Assembly: GCA_964344575.1 (NCBI GenBank)
Contig: CAYFOA010000020.1
Location: 691 to 64,690 of the forward strand
Direction of reading: 5' to 3'
Length of the DNA: 64,000 bases
Source of the DNA: an uncultured Rickettsiales bacterium
Lineage (GTDB): Bacteria; Myxococcota_A; UBA796; UBA9615
Shown in pieces: positions 63,585 through 64,000 of this stretch (its first letter is position 1; every line of letters starts with the position of its first letter). The position numbers and the translations under genes are program-made. Under the pieces are notes generated by a model. That model saw nothing but the letters and a program-made list of their open reading frames with translations. It ran no database searches and was not told where the DNA came from.

Positions 63585-64000
63585 ATGCGCGCCGCGCTCC
63601 CCTCCCTGCTGCTCCTCGCCGCCTGCGCCGCGCCCGTCCCGCAGACGACCGCGCCGCGCGAGCCGCTGATCCACGTCGACGTCCCCGCGAAGGTGGCCGA
63701 GGGGACGGCGTCGGGGTCGTTCAAGGCAGACTGGAGCTTCGACCTCGTCGCTTCCGAGGAGTGGTCCGCGCACGTCCACGTCATCCCCCAGGGGCAGCTC
63801 GTCCCCCCCCACCGGCACCCCGAGAACGACGAGCTCGTCTTCGTGGCGGCCGGCACGGGCGAGTGGCAGAGCTGGACCTCGGACGGCCCCGTCGGCGGCG
63901 ACCGCGGCCCCGGCGCCGCCCTCGTCGCCCCCGCCGGCGTCGTCCACAGCATCCGCAACCGCCGCCCCGAACCCCTCGCCACGGTCGTCGTGCAGCGCCC
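63585..64000 (+). CDS. Cupin-domain lipoprotein, N-terminal part (runs off the window; absent from the ORF track)
   Basis: ATG 63585 MRAALPSLLLLAAC; PPHRHPENDELVFVAAGTG and PAGVVHSIRN cupin motifs. Confidence 0.85.
   Translation, partial: MRAALPSLLLLAACAAPVPQTTAPREPLIHVDVPAKVAEGTASGSFKADWSFDLVASEEWSAHVHVIPQGQLVPPHRHPENDELVFVAAGTGEWQSWTSDGPVGGDRGPGAALVAPAGVVHSIRNRRPEPLATVVVQR

Overview
High-GC (roughly 70%+) bacterial chromosomal window, most likely Myxococcota/deltaproteobacterial (MYXO-CTERM-like tails, pilH/pilI/pilD/pilT, DUF4388-type protein, many Cys-rich lipoproteins). It holds about 58 densely packed, often translationally coupled genes and one tRNA-Leu(CAG); I saw no transposase, integrase or CRISPR array. 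Main blocks: (1) ECF sigma plus a membrane-anchored vWA protein; (2) secreted PLD-family enzyme and a large Asp-rich surface protein; (3) khpA - ECF sigma - zinc anti-sigma - S41/CtpA-like PDZ protein that has lost both catalytic residues, behind an AT-rich leader with a SigW-like promoter; (4) pgm - orphan beta-class DNA methyltransferase - gph; (5) a dispersed surface-glycosylation/tailoring region: two GT4, four alkaline-phosphatase-superfamily enzymes, radical SAM enzymes (one split from its SPASM/twitch domain), an amino-sugar pathway co-operonic with pilH-pilI-pilD, GT2 + DUF2304 + TMTC-like GT-C + B12 radical SAM, and PKD-repeat proteins followed by a second GT-C; (6) pilT-thiS-thiG-thiE-like. 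The best candidates for undescribed biology are the ECF/anti-sigma/pseudo-protease module and the TMTC-like protein-glycosylation set. All family assignments come from motif recognition by eye; no database searches were run.
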